This document shows positions 17,153 to 26,895 of a stretch of DNA of 56,038 nucleotides, in pieces. Origin of the DNA: an uncultured Gemmatimonadota bacterium (lineage in GTDB: Bacteria > SM23-81 > DAOVCL01); NCBI GenBank assembly GCA_964626665.1, contig CAZVGK010000022.1, positions 1 to 56,038 on the forward strand. The letters are read 5' to 3'. The position numbers and the translations under genes were made by a program. The notes under the pieces were generated by a model. The model was not told where the DNA came from and made no database searches. It saw nothing but the letters and a program-made list of their open reading frames with translations. Positions within the stretch are counted from its first letter, which is position 1. Every line of letters starts with the position of its first letter.

Positions 17153-18082
17153 TTAAGATCCCCGCAAGTTAGGATAGGCAAGGCCAAACCTCTTCCGATA
17201 ATAGGCCCTGGAACCAATATATCCCCCTAAGAGGAGCAGGGGATACCAGGGGGAAAAGAGGGAGGCAGCCCCGGAGAGAACCAGAATAGAGACCTTGGTT
17301 GATCTGACTACATCCCCTAAGCTTGAGCCAAAAACTGCCCGTACAAAGAAGGGCAAGACCACCAGCGATGAGGCCAAGAGGGGAAGATCCCTGTTGAGGT
17401 AACCCCCTCCAGCTGCCAGGAGGACAAAAAGTGTGGAGAGGAGAACCACCCTTCTCCTGCCCCAGCAAACCCCTAAGGTTCTCTTCCCTGCGATCCGATC
17501 CCCCTCTCTATCCGGTAGGGTGGTGTTCAGGTAGACAGCCCCGATGGCCGGCCCATAGGGCAGGGAATAACGCAGTAGTTTGAGGTTAAGGGAGGGATAG
17601 GCGGTCAGCCAGCCGAAGGAGAAGGCTAAAAGCCCATGACCCAACATATTGGCCAAGAGTGCCCCCCAGGGCCTATCCTTGAGGGAGAGTGGAGGAAGAC
17701 TATAGGCAACTCCCAAGATCAGGGCAACTACGAAGGCAGAACCTAATAAAGGGGCAATTCTGAAACCTCCGAAACAGGCCAAGAGGAAAAGGATGATAGC
17801 CTCGGCCCAGGCATTGCTGGGCTGCACCCATCCCTCGGAAAGGAGAAAAAGCTTCCTGTTCAGCCTATCTGATTCCATATCCCTGAGTTGATTGAGGATG
17901 TATATGGCTCCCATAAGGAAGCTAGCGAAGAGAAAAGTGCGGCCTAAAGGACCGGAATGGCCACTGGCCTTCCTCCCTTGGTAGTAGCCAAGGAGGAGGA
18001 TTGTCCACAGGGGAGGCATAAGCACAAGCCGGAGAAGGAACAGGTGATCCAAGAATTTCCACAACCCACTAAACATCTTCAT
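17153..18082 (-). CDS. UbiA family prenyltransferase
   Basis: NQLRDMESDRLN, YSLPPLSLK and LPDREGDRIAGKRT motifs; multi-TM. Confidence 0.85.
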   Translation of the reverse strand: MKMFSGLWKFLDHLFLLRLVLMPPLWTILLLGYYQGRKASGHSGPLGRTFLFASFLMGAIYILNQLRDMESDRLNRKLFLLSEGWVQPSNAWAEAIILFLLACFGGFRIAPLLGSAFVVALILGVAYSLPPLSLKDRPWGALLANMLGHGLLAFSFGWLTAYPSLNLKLLRYSLPYGPAIGAVYLNTTLPDREGDRIAGKRTLGVCWGRRRVVLLSTLFVLLAAGGGYLNRDLPLLASSLVVLPFFVRAVFGSSLGDVVRSTKVSILVLSGAASLFSPWYPLLLLGGYIGSRAYYRKRFGLAYPNLRGS

Positions 18083-18132
18083 AAGACAATTTCCTGACCA
18101 ACAAGTGAACTTAACGCCCTGAAGCCAGGCTA

Positions 18133-18447
18133 TTTTGACGGGATAACAGGATTTTTATTCATCCTCCCCACCCCCGCTATTACTGTAACCCGAAATTGGA
18201 CCGTAACATTCAAATCAGCTACCAGCGGCACATTTGAATTAGGGAAGAGGCTTCCAGTCCTTCCAAGAGCTGTCAGCCCCGTTCCGACGGGATTCCTGGC
18301 GGAAGAGGTAACTCCTGACAGCACACTCTTCATCGGCATCAAAAGATGTCTCCCACATTCTAACTCGCTTGGATGTAACCCACACAAGGAAAGTATAGGT
18401 AGAAGAGTTTCATTTATCCTGTTTATCCTGTCAACCCTGTCTAAAAA
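18133..18447. repeat. ACAGGAT-family inverted-repeat element, copy 1 (long spacer)
   Basis: TTTTGACGGGATAACAGGATTT ... ATCCTGTTTATCCTGTCAACCCTGTCTAAAAA. Confidence 0.65.
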
Positions 18448-18479
18448 GGATAGTTGAAGTTTCGCCAGCCAAACGTCAC

Positions 18480-20033
18480 CTACCTTGGATTTAGGGTAAC
18501 CACGGGGAGGATCATCTCCTCTAAGGAGACGCCACCGTGCTGAAAGCTGTTGCGATACCTGTTGAGATATTCATGATAGCGGGTGGGATAGACGAAGTAA
18601 TAATTCTCCTTGGCCACTATATAGTTGGTGCTGATGTTCAGCTTGGGCAACTTATATTCGGCAGGGTCCCTAATCAGGATAGCCTCCTTGCGGTCACAGT
18701 TCAGGTTGTCCCCATATTTATATCGCAAATTGGTGGATGTGTCCTTTTTTCCATAGGCCTTTGTACCCCTGTTCCCCAAGATGCTCCCATGGTCCGTGGT
18801 GAGAATGACCACGGACTTCCTCTTAGAGATGAACCGCAATATCTTGAAGAGGGAGGAGTGTTCGAACCAGGAGCGCATCACCGACCTAAAGGCTGACTCA
18901 TCCGCGGCCAATTCCTTTAACAGATCGGATTCCGATCTCCCATGGGTTAAGAGGTCTAAAAAGTTGAATACCAGGGAGACCAAGGGGATCTGGGCAAAGG
19001 AGGAGATCCTCTGCACCAGCTCCTCTCCCTCTGAGGCCTTTATCACCTTCACATACTTGGGTTCAAGTTTGAACTTAAGCCCCATCCTCTTTAGTTGGTT
19101 GTCCAGCAGTTCCTTTTCATATCTGTTCCTGCTTCTCTCCTCATCCGCCCCCTCTGACCAGAGCTGGGGATAGAGCTCGACGATTTCGGAGGGGAAGAGG
19201 CCGCTGAAGATGGCATTACGGGAGTAGGGGGTGGCCGTGGGGATTATGGAGTAGTAATAGTCCCTCCTTACCTCAAAGTAGTCGGCCAAGAGGGGCTCGA
19301 TCTTCAGCCATTGGTCTAGCCTCATACAGTCCACCACGATGAAGAAGACCTGCTTCCGGGAGGCCAAGAGGGGGTAGAGATAATTGGCCACCAGATCCAC
19401 CGATAGGGGAGGGGGATCCTTATCCCGCAGCCATTTAGGATACCAGGTCTCTATATATTTGCCAAACTCCAAGTTGAATTCCCTCCTCTGGTCCTTCTGG
19501 GCCTGTCGTAAGCCCGCCTCCTGGTAACCGTCCAGCCTCAGGTCCCACTCGGAGAGTGTCTTGTGGATCTCTATCCAGTTCTGCCAATGGGGTCCACCCA
19601 AAAGAAGGTTTCTCAGTTGGCCCGATTGGGTCACATAGTCCTGGGGGATCTTCCTCTCCATTATCCTCTTCCCCTCTATGATCCTCTTGCATGCGGAGAG
19701 GACCTGGCTGGGGTTTAGCGGCTTAGTGAGGAAGTCGCTGACCTCCTGGCCTATGGCCTCCTCCATCAGCTCCTCCTCCTCTGACTTGGTGACCAACACC
19801 ACCGGCACGTTGGGGGCCCTTTCCCTGATCCTCTCCAGAGTGGTGAGGCCATCGGCCCCCGGCATCATCTGGTCAAGCAGGATAAGGTCGTACCCCCCCT
19901 GGGCGACTAGATCCACTGCATCCTCCCCATTGGTGGCCGTCTCCACCTGATACCCCCTCTCCCTGAGAAGGATGATATGTGGGCGGAGCTGTTCTATCTC
20001 GTCATCTACCCACAGAATCCTTTTCCTATCCAT
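18480..20033 (-). CDS. porX: PorX-like response regulator (REC + PglZ phosphodiesterase domain)
   Basis: REC domain (ILWVDDE, LLDQMMPG, VTKSEEE) plus PglZ motifs VDCMRLDQW, PTATPYSRNA, TDHG and FQHGGVSLEEM. Confidence 0.88.
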   Translation of the reverse strand: MDRKRILWVDDEIEQLRPHIILLRERGYQVETATNGEDAVDLVAQGGYDLILLDQMMPGADGLTTLERIRERAPNVPVVLVTKSEEEELMEEAIGQEVSDFLTKPLNPSQVLSACKRIIEGKRIMERKIPQDYVTQSGQLRNLLLGGPHWQNWIEIHKTLSEWDLRLDGYQEAGLRQAQKDQRREFNLEFGKYIETWYPKWLRDKDPPPLSVDLVANYLYPLLASRKQVFFIVVDCMRLDQWLKIEPLLADYFEVRRDYYYSIIPTATPYSRNAIFSGLFPSEIVELYPQLWSEGADEERSRNRYEKELLDNQLKRMGLKFKLEPKYVKVIKASEGEELVQRISSFAQIPLVSLVFNFLDLLTHGRSESDLLKELAADESAFRSVMRSWFEHSSLFKILRFISKRKSVVILTTDHGSILGNRGTKAYGKKDTSTNLRYKYGDNLNCDRKEAILIRDPAEYKLPKLNISTNYIVAKENYYFVYPTRYHEYLNRYRNSFQHGGVSLEEMILPVVTLNPR

Positions 20034-21201
20034 TTTCCTCTGTAGTTAAGCTGATTTCAAAGGTTGTCCCCGCAGGGGAGCTCTGCACTAAGGAGAGTTT
20101 CCCCCCGTGGTATTCCTCCACTATCCTCTGGGCCAAGGTCAACCCCAACCCCCATCCTCCCCTCTTGGTGGTGAAGCCTGGGGTGAAGATCTTTCCCCGC
20201 AGCTTCGAGGGGACACCCTTTCCCTCATCCCTCACCCTGATGAGCACCTTTCCCTTCTCCCTCCTGGCCGAAACCGTGATCTTCTCCCCCTTTTCTTTGA
20301 GGGAATCCAAGGAGTTCTTTATCAGGTTCTCTACAGCCCAGAAAAGGAGCTCCCTGTTGCCCCTCAGTGAACCCAGGTCTCCGTAATCCTCCAGGATCTC
20401 TACCTTCTGGGGACTGCGGTTGCGGAAGTAACTGGTTACATCCCGGAGAAGGTTGGAGAGCTCAACGGTTTTTAGCTCCGGCGGCGAACCTATCTGGCTA
20501 AACCGGGAGGCAATGCGGGAAAGCCTCCCCACATCCCCCTCCATCTCCCCGATGATCTCAGCAGGGGAAGGGGCCTCCTTTTCCTTTCCCTTAAGGAGCT
20601 CCAGCCACCCCCAAAGGGAGGATATGGGGGTCCCCAACTGGTGGGCTGTTTCCTTGGCCATCCCCACCCAGATCGACCTCTGCTCATTTCTCTTTATGTT
20701 CCTATAGCCGATAAGCCCTACCAAAAGGAAGAGACCTACCACCCCTACCCCTACAAATGGCATCCACTTCAACTGGTTGACTATCCAGGAATCTCCATAA
20801 TGAAGTTTGCCCAGGGGTTTCTCCTCTATGGAGATGGGAACAGGTGGATGTGCGGAGTCCATCTCTTTTACCATCTGCTTTAGCCTATCCAGATCTTCTT
20901 TGCTGGGGTTCTTCGAGGAGATCCCCACTCCCCGCCAGAACTTCGGCTGGCCCTGGGGGTCAGTCATAATAATGGGGAAGTTGGATTTCTCGATGATCTC
21001 CTCAAAAATGAAGTTGACATCCTTGTCTGTTACCCTCTCCGAGACGGCCAATGACCAAAGCCTGGCATAGGTATGGGATACCCGGATGCCATCCTCTCTC
21101 AGCTTATGCGCCAGCCATTGAGCATAGGCGAGGAAGCCTACCACGATAACCACTGCGCCCCAAATGAGATAGATCTTGAGATGGCCTTTGGAGCCTATCA
21201 A
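20026..21201 (-). CDS. Membrane sensor histidine kinase
   Basis: Two TM helices, H-box KETAHQLGTP, N-box ENLIKNS, DEGKG, FTTK and GWGLGL. Confidence 0.92.
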   Translation of the reverse strand: MIGSKGHLKIYLIWGAVVIVVGFLAYAQWLAHKLREDGIRVSHTYARLWSLAVSERVTDKDVNFIFEEIIEKSNFPIIMTDPQGQPKFWRGVGISSKNPSKEDLDRLKQMVKEMDSAHPPVPISIEEKPLGKLHYGDSWIVNQLKWMPFVGVGVVGLFLLVGLIGYRNIKRNEQRSIWVGMAKETAHQLGTPISSLWGWLELLKGKEKEAPSPAEIIGEMEGDVGRLSRIASRFSQIGSPPELKTVELSNLLRDVTSYFRNRSPQKVEILEDYGDLGSLRGNRELLFWAVENLIKNSLDSLKEKGEKITVSARREKGKVLIRVRDEGKGVPSKLRGKIFTPGFTTKRGGWGLGLTLAQRIVEEYHGGKLSLVQSSPAGTTFEISLTTEENG

Positions 21202-22466
21202 CTTATCCTCTCCCGGCCGTCGAGATAAGGTTGGAGAACTGGAGGAACGATCAGCTCTGCCTCCCTGGTCTGATAGGTCTCCAGCAGGGCGACGAGCAAT
21301 CTGGCCGTAGCCATCCCAGAGCCGTTGAGGGTGTGGACAAATCTTACTTTTCCCTCATCCCTGAACCTGATCCCAGCGCGACGAGCCTGAAAGTCCTCAT
21401 AGTTGCTGCAGGAGGAGACCTCTAAATACTCCCCCTCCCCCGGGGCCCAAACATCTAGATCATAGCATTTGGCCGCGGCAAAGCTGAGGTCTCCGGTGCA
21501 CAGGAGCCGCACCCGATAGGAGAGCCCCAGGAGCTGCAGCACCTCCTCCGCCTCACCCAACAGATCCTCTAACTCCTGGTAGGAACCCTTAGGTCTAACG
21601 AATTTAACCAGTTCCACCTTATCGAATTGATGAACCCGCAGGAAACCCCTTGTCTCCTTACCGTAGGAGCCAGCCTCCCGGCGGAAGCAAGGGGTATAAG
21701 CCACATATTTCAAGGGGAGTACGGCTCCATCCAGGATCTCCTCCCGATGGAGGTTGGTAACGGGCACCTCGGCGGTGGGGATGAGGAAAAGGTCATCACG
21801 TTCACAGAGATACATATCCTCCTCCAGCTTGGGAAGCTGGCCTGTGCCCTCCATACAGCTTCGGTTGGCCAGGAAGGGTGGGGAGATCTCTACATAGCCA
21901 TGTTTTTGGGTGTGTAGATCGAGCATAAAGTTGATCAATGCCCGCTCCAACCTGGCCCCTAAACCTTTATAGAGGGGGAAACCGGAGCCGGCCAACTTGC
22001 TGCCGCGGGCAAAGTCGAAGAGATTCAAAAGGCCCCCCAACTGGAGATGGTCCCGCGGGGGGAAATCGAACCCGGGTTTCTCCCCCCAGGTCCTCACCAC
22101 CGGGTTCTCCTCATCTCCACGGCCTACGGGGACGGACGAATGGGGGAGGTTGGGGATGGAGAGCATAACAACCCTTAGCCTGGTCTCTATTTCCTTTACC
22201 TCCTTATCAAGCCCCTTTATCCTTTGACCCAATTTCCTCATTCTAACTATCTCCTCATCGGCATTCCCCCCCTCCTTCACCAGTTGCCCAATCCTCTTGG
22301 AGGTGAGGTTCCTCTGGTGTTTGAGGCCATCCCTCTGAGCTAAAAGCTCCCTCCATCTTTGATCAAGCTGTAGGAAGTGTTGTAGGTCGACCTTTTCCCC
22401 CTTCTCCCTTGTCCCCTTTTCCACCAATTCTATATTCTCCCTCATGAAACCCTGGTCAAGCATCAT
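21198..22466 (-). CDS. serS: Serine--tRNA ligase
   Basis: N-terminal coiled coil, LIPTAEVP, FRREAGSYG, HQFDKVE, EVSSCSN and HTLNGSG motifs. Confidence 0.97.
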   Translation of the reverse strand: MMLDQGFMRENIELVEKGTREKGEKVDLQHFLQLDQRWRELLAQRDGLKHQRNLTSKRIGQLVKEGGNADEEIVRMRKLGQRIKGLDKEVKEIETRLRVVMLSIPNLPHSSVPVGRGDEENPVVRTWGEKPGFDFPPRDHLQLGGLLNLFDFARGSKLAGSGFPLYKGLGARLERALINFMLDLHTQKHGYVEISPPFLANRSCMEGTGQLPKLEEDMYLCERDDLFLIPTAEVPVTNLHREEILDGAVLPLKYVAYTPCFRREAGSYGKETRGFLRVHQFDKVELVKFVRPKGSYQELEDLLGEAEEVLQLLGLSYRVRLLCTGDLSFAAAKCYDLDVWAPGEGEYLEVSSCSNYEDFQARRAGIRFRDEGKVRFVHTLNGSGMATARLLVALLETYQTREAELIVPPVLQPYLDGRERIS

Positions 22467-24702
22467 GCTCCCCCTGCGGGTTATAGGCAGGGATCATCTC
22501 CCTCAGTTTCTTTATAATCCCTTCCCTCTTCACCTCCTGGGCCAATAGTTCCAGCTTCTCCACATCGGACTTCAGCTTTTCCCAATCATAGTAAACGGGT
22601 TGAGCAACGAGTATCTTCTCGTGGGATGTGGGCTGAACCCCCTCACCTTCTACAAAGAGCTCCTCGTGCAGCTTTTCCCCCTTGCGCAGGCCACAAAAGC
22701 TGACCTCAATGTCCTCATCTGGATTAAGGCCACTGAGGGAGACCATATCTCTGGCCAGATCGACTATCTTTATCGGCTCTCCCATATCCAAAAGGAGGAT
22801 ATCTCCCCCTTGGCCCAGGGCTCCGGCCTGCATCACCAGTTGAGCGGCTTCGGAGAGGGTCATAAAATACCTGGTTACTTCCGGATGGGTAACGGTCACC
22901 GGCCCCCCTCGGGCAATCTGGTGTTGGAAGATGGGGACAACTGATCCCTGACTGCCCAAAACATTCCCAAATCTCACGGTAACAAACTGGGTCTTGCTCA
23001 ACCGGGAAAAGCCCTGCACCCAGAGTTCGGCAACTCGTTTGGAGGTCCCCATAACGGATGAGGGTTTGACGGCCTTATCGGTGGAGATCATCACGAACTT
23101 TTCGGCCCCGGCCTGGTGGGAGGCCTGGACTATCCTCTTTGTGCCTATGATGTTGTTGAGCACCGCCTCTTCTGGGTGGTCCTCCATTAGGGGGACATGC
23201 TTGTAGGCAGCGGAGTGGAAGATGACCTGAGGAGCAAATTCGTCCATTATCCTTTTCAGCTTCTCCTCATTGTTTATGTCACAGATGAGGGGATGTAGAT
23301 CAAGACCAGGGAACCTCTCCCTCAGTTCCAATTGGATATAGAAGAGGCTGTTCTCGGCCCGATCCAAGGGAATCAGTTTGGCTGGATGGAAGCTGGCCAC
23401 CTGCCGGCAGAGCTCTGAACCGATGGACCCTCCGGCACCGGTTATGAGGACCGTCTTCCCCCCTAAATATTCGCGGATAAGCTCCATATCCAGGTCAACC
23501 GGCTCCCTTCCCAAGAGGTCCTCCATCCTCACCTCCCTCACCTGGTTGAAGTGCACCTCCCCCCCGATTATCTCCTTCAGGGGAGGGATGGTCATAAACT
23601 TGGCCTTCGACTCCCGACAATAGCCAAAAATCCTCCTCATCTGGGAGCCGGTGGCCGAGGGGATGGCGATGATTATCTCCTCCACCCCCCGCGTGTTGAT
23701 CAGCTTTGGTATGTCTGAGGCTCTGCCTAAGACCGGGACTCCATGAATCTTCACCCCTGCCTTGTTGGGGTCATCATCCACAAACCCCACCGGGTTATAT
23801 TCCAGGCCCTTGTTCTTTTTTATCTCCCGTAGGAGCATATCCCCGGCATCACCGGCCCCCACAATGAGCAGTCTCTTCCCCGCGGGCTTAAAGAGGGGGG
23901 GGGTCTCCTTTAGCGCCCTGAGGGCGAACCGCAACCCTCCGGTTAAGAGGATCACCAGGGCCCAATCGATGATAAAGACGGAACGGGGATAGCTCGTCAC
24001 CCGCAAAAAATATATGGGGGCCATAATCACCAGGGAGCTGCTCAGGGTTGCCTTTAATATAGAGGCCAGCTCATTTATCCCCGCATACTTCCATATCCCC
24101 CGATAGAGGCCGAAGTAGTAGAATGCCCCAAACCTGATGATGATGACCAGGGGGAGGGTGTTGAGGAAGGTGGAGAAGTCTGGGGAGGGTATCCTGCCGC
24201 CAAACCTGAGCAGAAAGGCCGCATAATAACAGATGGCAAAGATGAGGAGGTCCCCTCCCAAGGCCCCCAGCCTCTTGATGGTTAGGCTTTCCCCCCCGGT
24301 TGCCCTCTCCTCCTTCCCTGGGTTATGGGCAGCCATAAGCCTAAAGGAGCCCAAAAAGATGATTAGGAGGAGCCAGTAAGAGAAGATGACCAGGCGGGTG
24401 CGAGGGAAGGGATCGGAGAGGTTAAAGGTGAGCAGAACCAGGATGAAGACGCCCAGAGTAACCGCCCCGGCCAGGGAGATGATCCGGTTATAGGGGGAGG
24501 ATCTTCTCCCCCGATAGAGACCAAAGAGGGTAAAGAGGAGAAGCCAGAAGCCGGTAATCGCTGCTGCTGGGGCCAGGTAGTTGCCGGGAGGGATAGCCAG
24601 CTTCTCCCCGGGCAGGATCCCGGATTTAAACCTCAGCCAGAAGATGCCGTAGAAGGCCAGATTAACCAACAGGGCGTCAAATAGTGGATCCAATTTTCTC
24701 AT
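22456..24702 (-). CDS. CapD/PglF/WbpM-type UDP-sugar 4,6-dehydratase with a doubled N-terminal membrane domain
   Basis: GAGDAG, GAGGSIGSEL, AAYKHVPLME, STDKAV, RFGNVLGS and GEKLHEEL motifs; two successive 4-TM blocks. Confidence 0.9.
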   Translation of the reverse strand: MRKLDPLFDALLVNLAFYGIFWLRFKSGILPGEKLAIPPGNYLAPAAAITGFWLLLFTLFGLYRGRRSSPYNRIISLAGAVTLGVFILVLLTFNLSDPFPRTRLVIFSYWLLLIIFLGSFRLMAAHNPGKEERATGGESLTIKRLGALGGDLLIFAICYYAAFLLRFGGRIPSPDFSTFLNTLPLVIIIRFGAFYYFGLYRGIWKYAGINELASILKATLSSSLVIMAPIYFLRVTSYPRSVFIIDWALVILLTGGLRFALRALKETPPLFKPAGKRLLIVGAGDAGDMLLREIKKNKGLEYNPVGFVDDDPNKAGVKIHGVPVLGRASDIPKLINTRGVEEIIIAIPSATGSQMRRIFGYCRESKAKFMTIPPLKEIIGGEVHFNQVREVRMEDLLGREPVDLDMELIREYLGGKTVLITGAGGSIGSELCRQVASFHPAKLIPLDRAENSLFYIQLELRERFPGLDLHPLICDINNEEKLKRIMDEFAPQVIFHSAAYKHVPLMEDHPEEAVLNNIIGTKRIVQASHQAGAEKFVMISTDKAVKPSSVMGTSKRVAELWVQGFSRLSKTQFVTVRFGNVLGSQGSVVPIFQHQIARGGPVTVTHPEVTRYFMTLSEAAQLVMQAGALGQGGDILLLDMGEPIKIVDLARDMVSLSGLNPDEDIEVSFCGLRKGEKLHEELFVEGEGVQPTSHEKILVAQPVYYDWEKLKSDVEKLELLAQEVKREGIIKKLREMIPAYNPQGEHDA

Positions 24703-24706
24703 GGGC

Positions 24707-25888
24707 TCATTCCAAGGTATTCTTTATATTCCGGGCAAAATCATGGATGTTCTCTATGGCCACACAAACTTTCTCCACCTCCTCTTCGGGCATGTGAGAG
24801 TAAAGGGGGATACTGAGGAGATTCTGGGAGACCCTCTCCGTTACTGGTAATTTGCCTCTGTAGGAATCATAATATTCCTTGTAAGCTCTTTGCCAGTGAA
24901 TCGGTGGATAAAAATACTTCCTGGTTTGGATCCTCTCCTTTTTTAGGGCTACCGCTAACTCATCCCGATTTAAACCAAATTTATTTGCATCGATGTAGAG
25001 GGAGAAATCCTTAAAAGAACTTCTGCAACCTTTCCCTATCTTTTGGAAGGATATGCCAGGAACTTTACTCAACCTATCTTTATACATCTTCACAAGTTCA
25101 TTGCGTCTGCTCGCGTTCTCCTCCAACATCTCCAGGCTTTTTAAGGCCAAGATAGCGTTCCACTCCGGCATCCTTGCATTTAAACCAACAAATTCACAAT
25201 CGTAATTTCCTGGATCACCATAGTTACGACCCATCCTTACCCTTTCTGCCAATTCATCATCGGATGTAGTCACCATACCACCCTCCCCGGCCACCACTAA
25301 CTTGGTAGGGGTCATACTAAATGACTCCACATCACCAAAGCTCCCCGGCGGTTTGCCTTTATATAAGGAGCCGAGGCCGTGGGCACTGTCAAAGACTAAC
25401 CTTAGCCCTCTTTGAAAAGCTATTTTTTCCAATCCCTCAATATCTGGTGGATTACCAAAGATGTAAACAGCTAATATGGCCGAGGTCTGAGGGGTAATCA
25501 AGGATTCCACCTGTTCAACGTCCATATTATAGGTTTCCGGGTCACAATCAGCGAAGACAGGGGTAAGGTTATTCCAGATTAGGGAGTGAACAGTTGCAGA
25601 GAAGGTAAAACTGGGAACTATCACCTCGCCTTTCAGCCCTAAACATTTAAGGGCTAAGATTAATCCCAAGGTGCAGGAGGAGACGGCAATGGCGTTTTCT
25701 ACTTCCAAATTAATCTCTATCTCCTCCTCCAATTTACGGACATTGATACCCACATTGGAGAGAAGTCCCTTTTCCACGGTTTCTCTCAGAGGCGAAGCCA
25801 ATTCATCGAAGCTGGGGAGGGTAGGCCTCGTAATGGGCAGCCATTCACTGAATAGCGGTTTTCCTCCTAAACGGGCGGGTTTTCTCAT
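24707..25888 (-). CDS. DegT/DnrJ/EryC1/StrS family PLP-dependent sugar aminotransferase
   Basis: PSFTFSAT, FDSAHG and SMTPTK...GEGG motifs. Confidence 0.9.
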   Translation of the reverse strand: MRKPARLGGKPLFSEWLPITRPTLPSFDELASPLRETVEKGLLSNVGINVRKLEEEIEINLEVENAIAVSSCTLGLILALKCLGLKGEVIVPSFTFSATVHSLIWNNLTPVFADCDPETYNMDVEQVESLITPQTSAILAVYIFGNPPDIEGLEKIAFQRGLRLVFDSAHGLGSLYKGKPPGSFGDVESFSMTPTKLVVAGEGGMVTTSDDELAERVRMGRNYGDPGNYDCEFVGLNARMPEWNAILALKSLEMLEENASRRNELVKMYKDRLSKVPGISFQKIGKGCRSSFKDFSLYIDANKFGLNRDELAVALKKERIQTRKYFYPPIHWQRAYKEYYDSYRGKLPVTERVSQNLLSIPLYSHMPEEEVEKVCVAIENIHDFARNIKNTLE

Positions 25889-26895
25889 TTGCTTTTCCTT
25901 AAGAAATTATATTTTAACGCTGCAAGAGCCGAAAGAATAGCAACAAAAGTAAAGACTATTATGGCCCTAAAGGTCGATAATTTAGTAACCAGAACTCCCA
26001 CACCAGCTAAGGAGAAGGCTATCCCCCATAAAATCAAAACAGTCTTTTTCTGCCCCAGCCTTTTCTCCTCCATGATCCTGTTGTAGAAGTGACCTAAATC
26101 CCCTTGACCAAGAGGAAGATGATGGAAAAACCTGCGCAAAATGGTGAGAGCTGTATCATAAATTGGTATCCATATAATGAGAATTGAACCCAAAAGTCTG
26201 GAAGGGATATTTACTTCACCTATAGAAAGAACCCCTAGAGTGGCCAAGGAGAACCCCAAAAAATAACTTCCTGTATCCCCCATAAATAGCTTAGCTGGAT
26301 AGAAGTTGAATCTCAAAAAAGCCAAAATCCCTCCCGCAAGGGTTACTGAACAAGCTGTAGCTATAAACGATCCCCTCAAGATGAAAATCAACAAAAACCA
26401 TAGGGATGCAACTAGTCCACAACCACCGGCTAAACCGTCTAAACCATCTATGAGGTTAGAGGCATTTATCACTCCCAAAAAATAGAACAAGGTAAATATA
26501 ATAGATAGAAGATGATTTGTAAACAGAGGAATTACGAGACCAGCAGAAAGGGGGAAAGCTACAGCAATAAAATGACCTGTAAGCTTAAGCCAGGGGCTAA
26601 TCCCAAAAAGATCATCCAGAAATCCGACAATGCCGACCACCATCAACCCTACAATAATTCCCATCCATAATCTACTCAACAAGCTCGATAGAAGAAGGAA
26701 AAGAACAAAGGGGACTAAGAATGACAGATAGAGTGATAATCCCCCAACTCTGGGAATGGGTTCTCGATGGACCTTTATCCTTCCTGGCCTATCCACCAAA
26801 CCCAAGGATGGTGCAACATCCCTGAGAAAAGGCAGGGTAAATAAAGCTATCAAGAAAGCAGCAAGGAAAAGAATAGGGTAGAGGACCAAACTCAT
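25885..26895 (-). CDS. WecA/TagO-like undecaprenyl-phosphate HexNAc-1-P transferase (MraY family)
   Basis: KVH..PIPRVGG, GFLDD, NLIDGLDGLA and NFYPAKLFMGDTGS motifs. Confidence 0.9.
   Translation of the reverse strand: MSLVLYPILFLAAFLIALFTLPFLRDVAPSLGLVDRPGRIKVHREPIPRVGGLSLYLSFLVPFVLFLLLSSLLSRLWMGIIVGLMVVGIVGFLDDLFGISPWLKLTGHFIAVAFPLSAGLVIPLFTNHLLSIIFTLFYFLGVINASNLIDGLDGLAGGCGLVASLWFLLIFILRGSFIATACSVTLAGGILAFLRFNFYPAKLFMGDTGSYFLGFSLATLGVLSIGEVNIPSRLLGSILIIWIPIYDTALTILRRFFHHLPLGQGDLGHFYNRIMEEKRLGQKKTVLILWGIAFSLAGVGVLVTKLSTFRAIIVFTFVAILSALAALKYNFLRKSK

Noticed and set aside
18130-18387. 85-aa minus-strand ORF
   Set aside because: It lies within an inverted-repeat element, ends in repeat-derived sequence (NPVIPSK) and has no recognisable motif.
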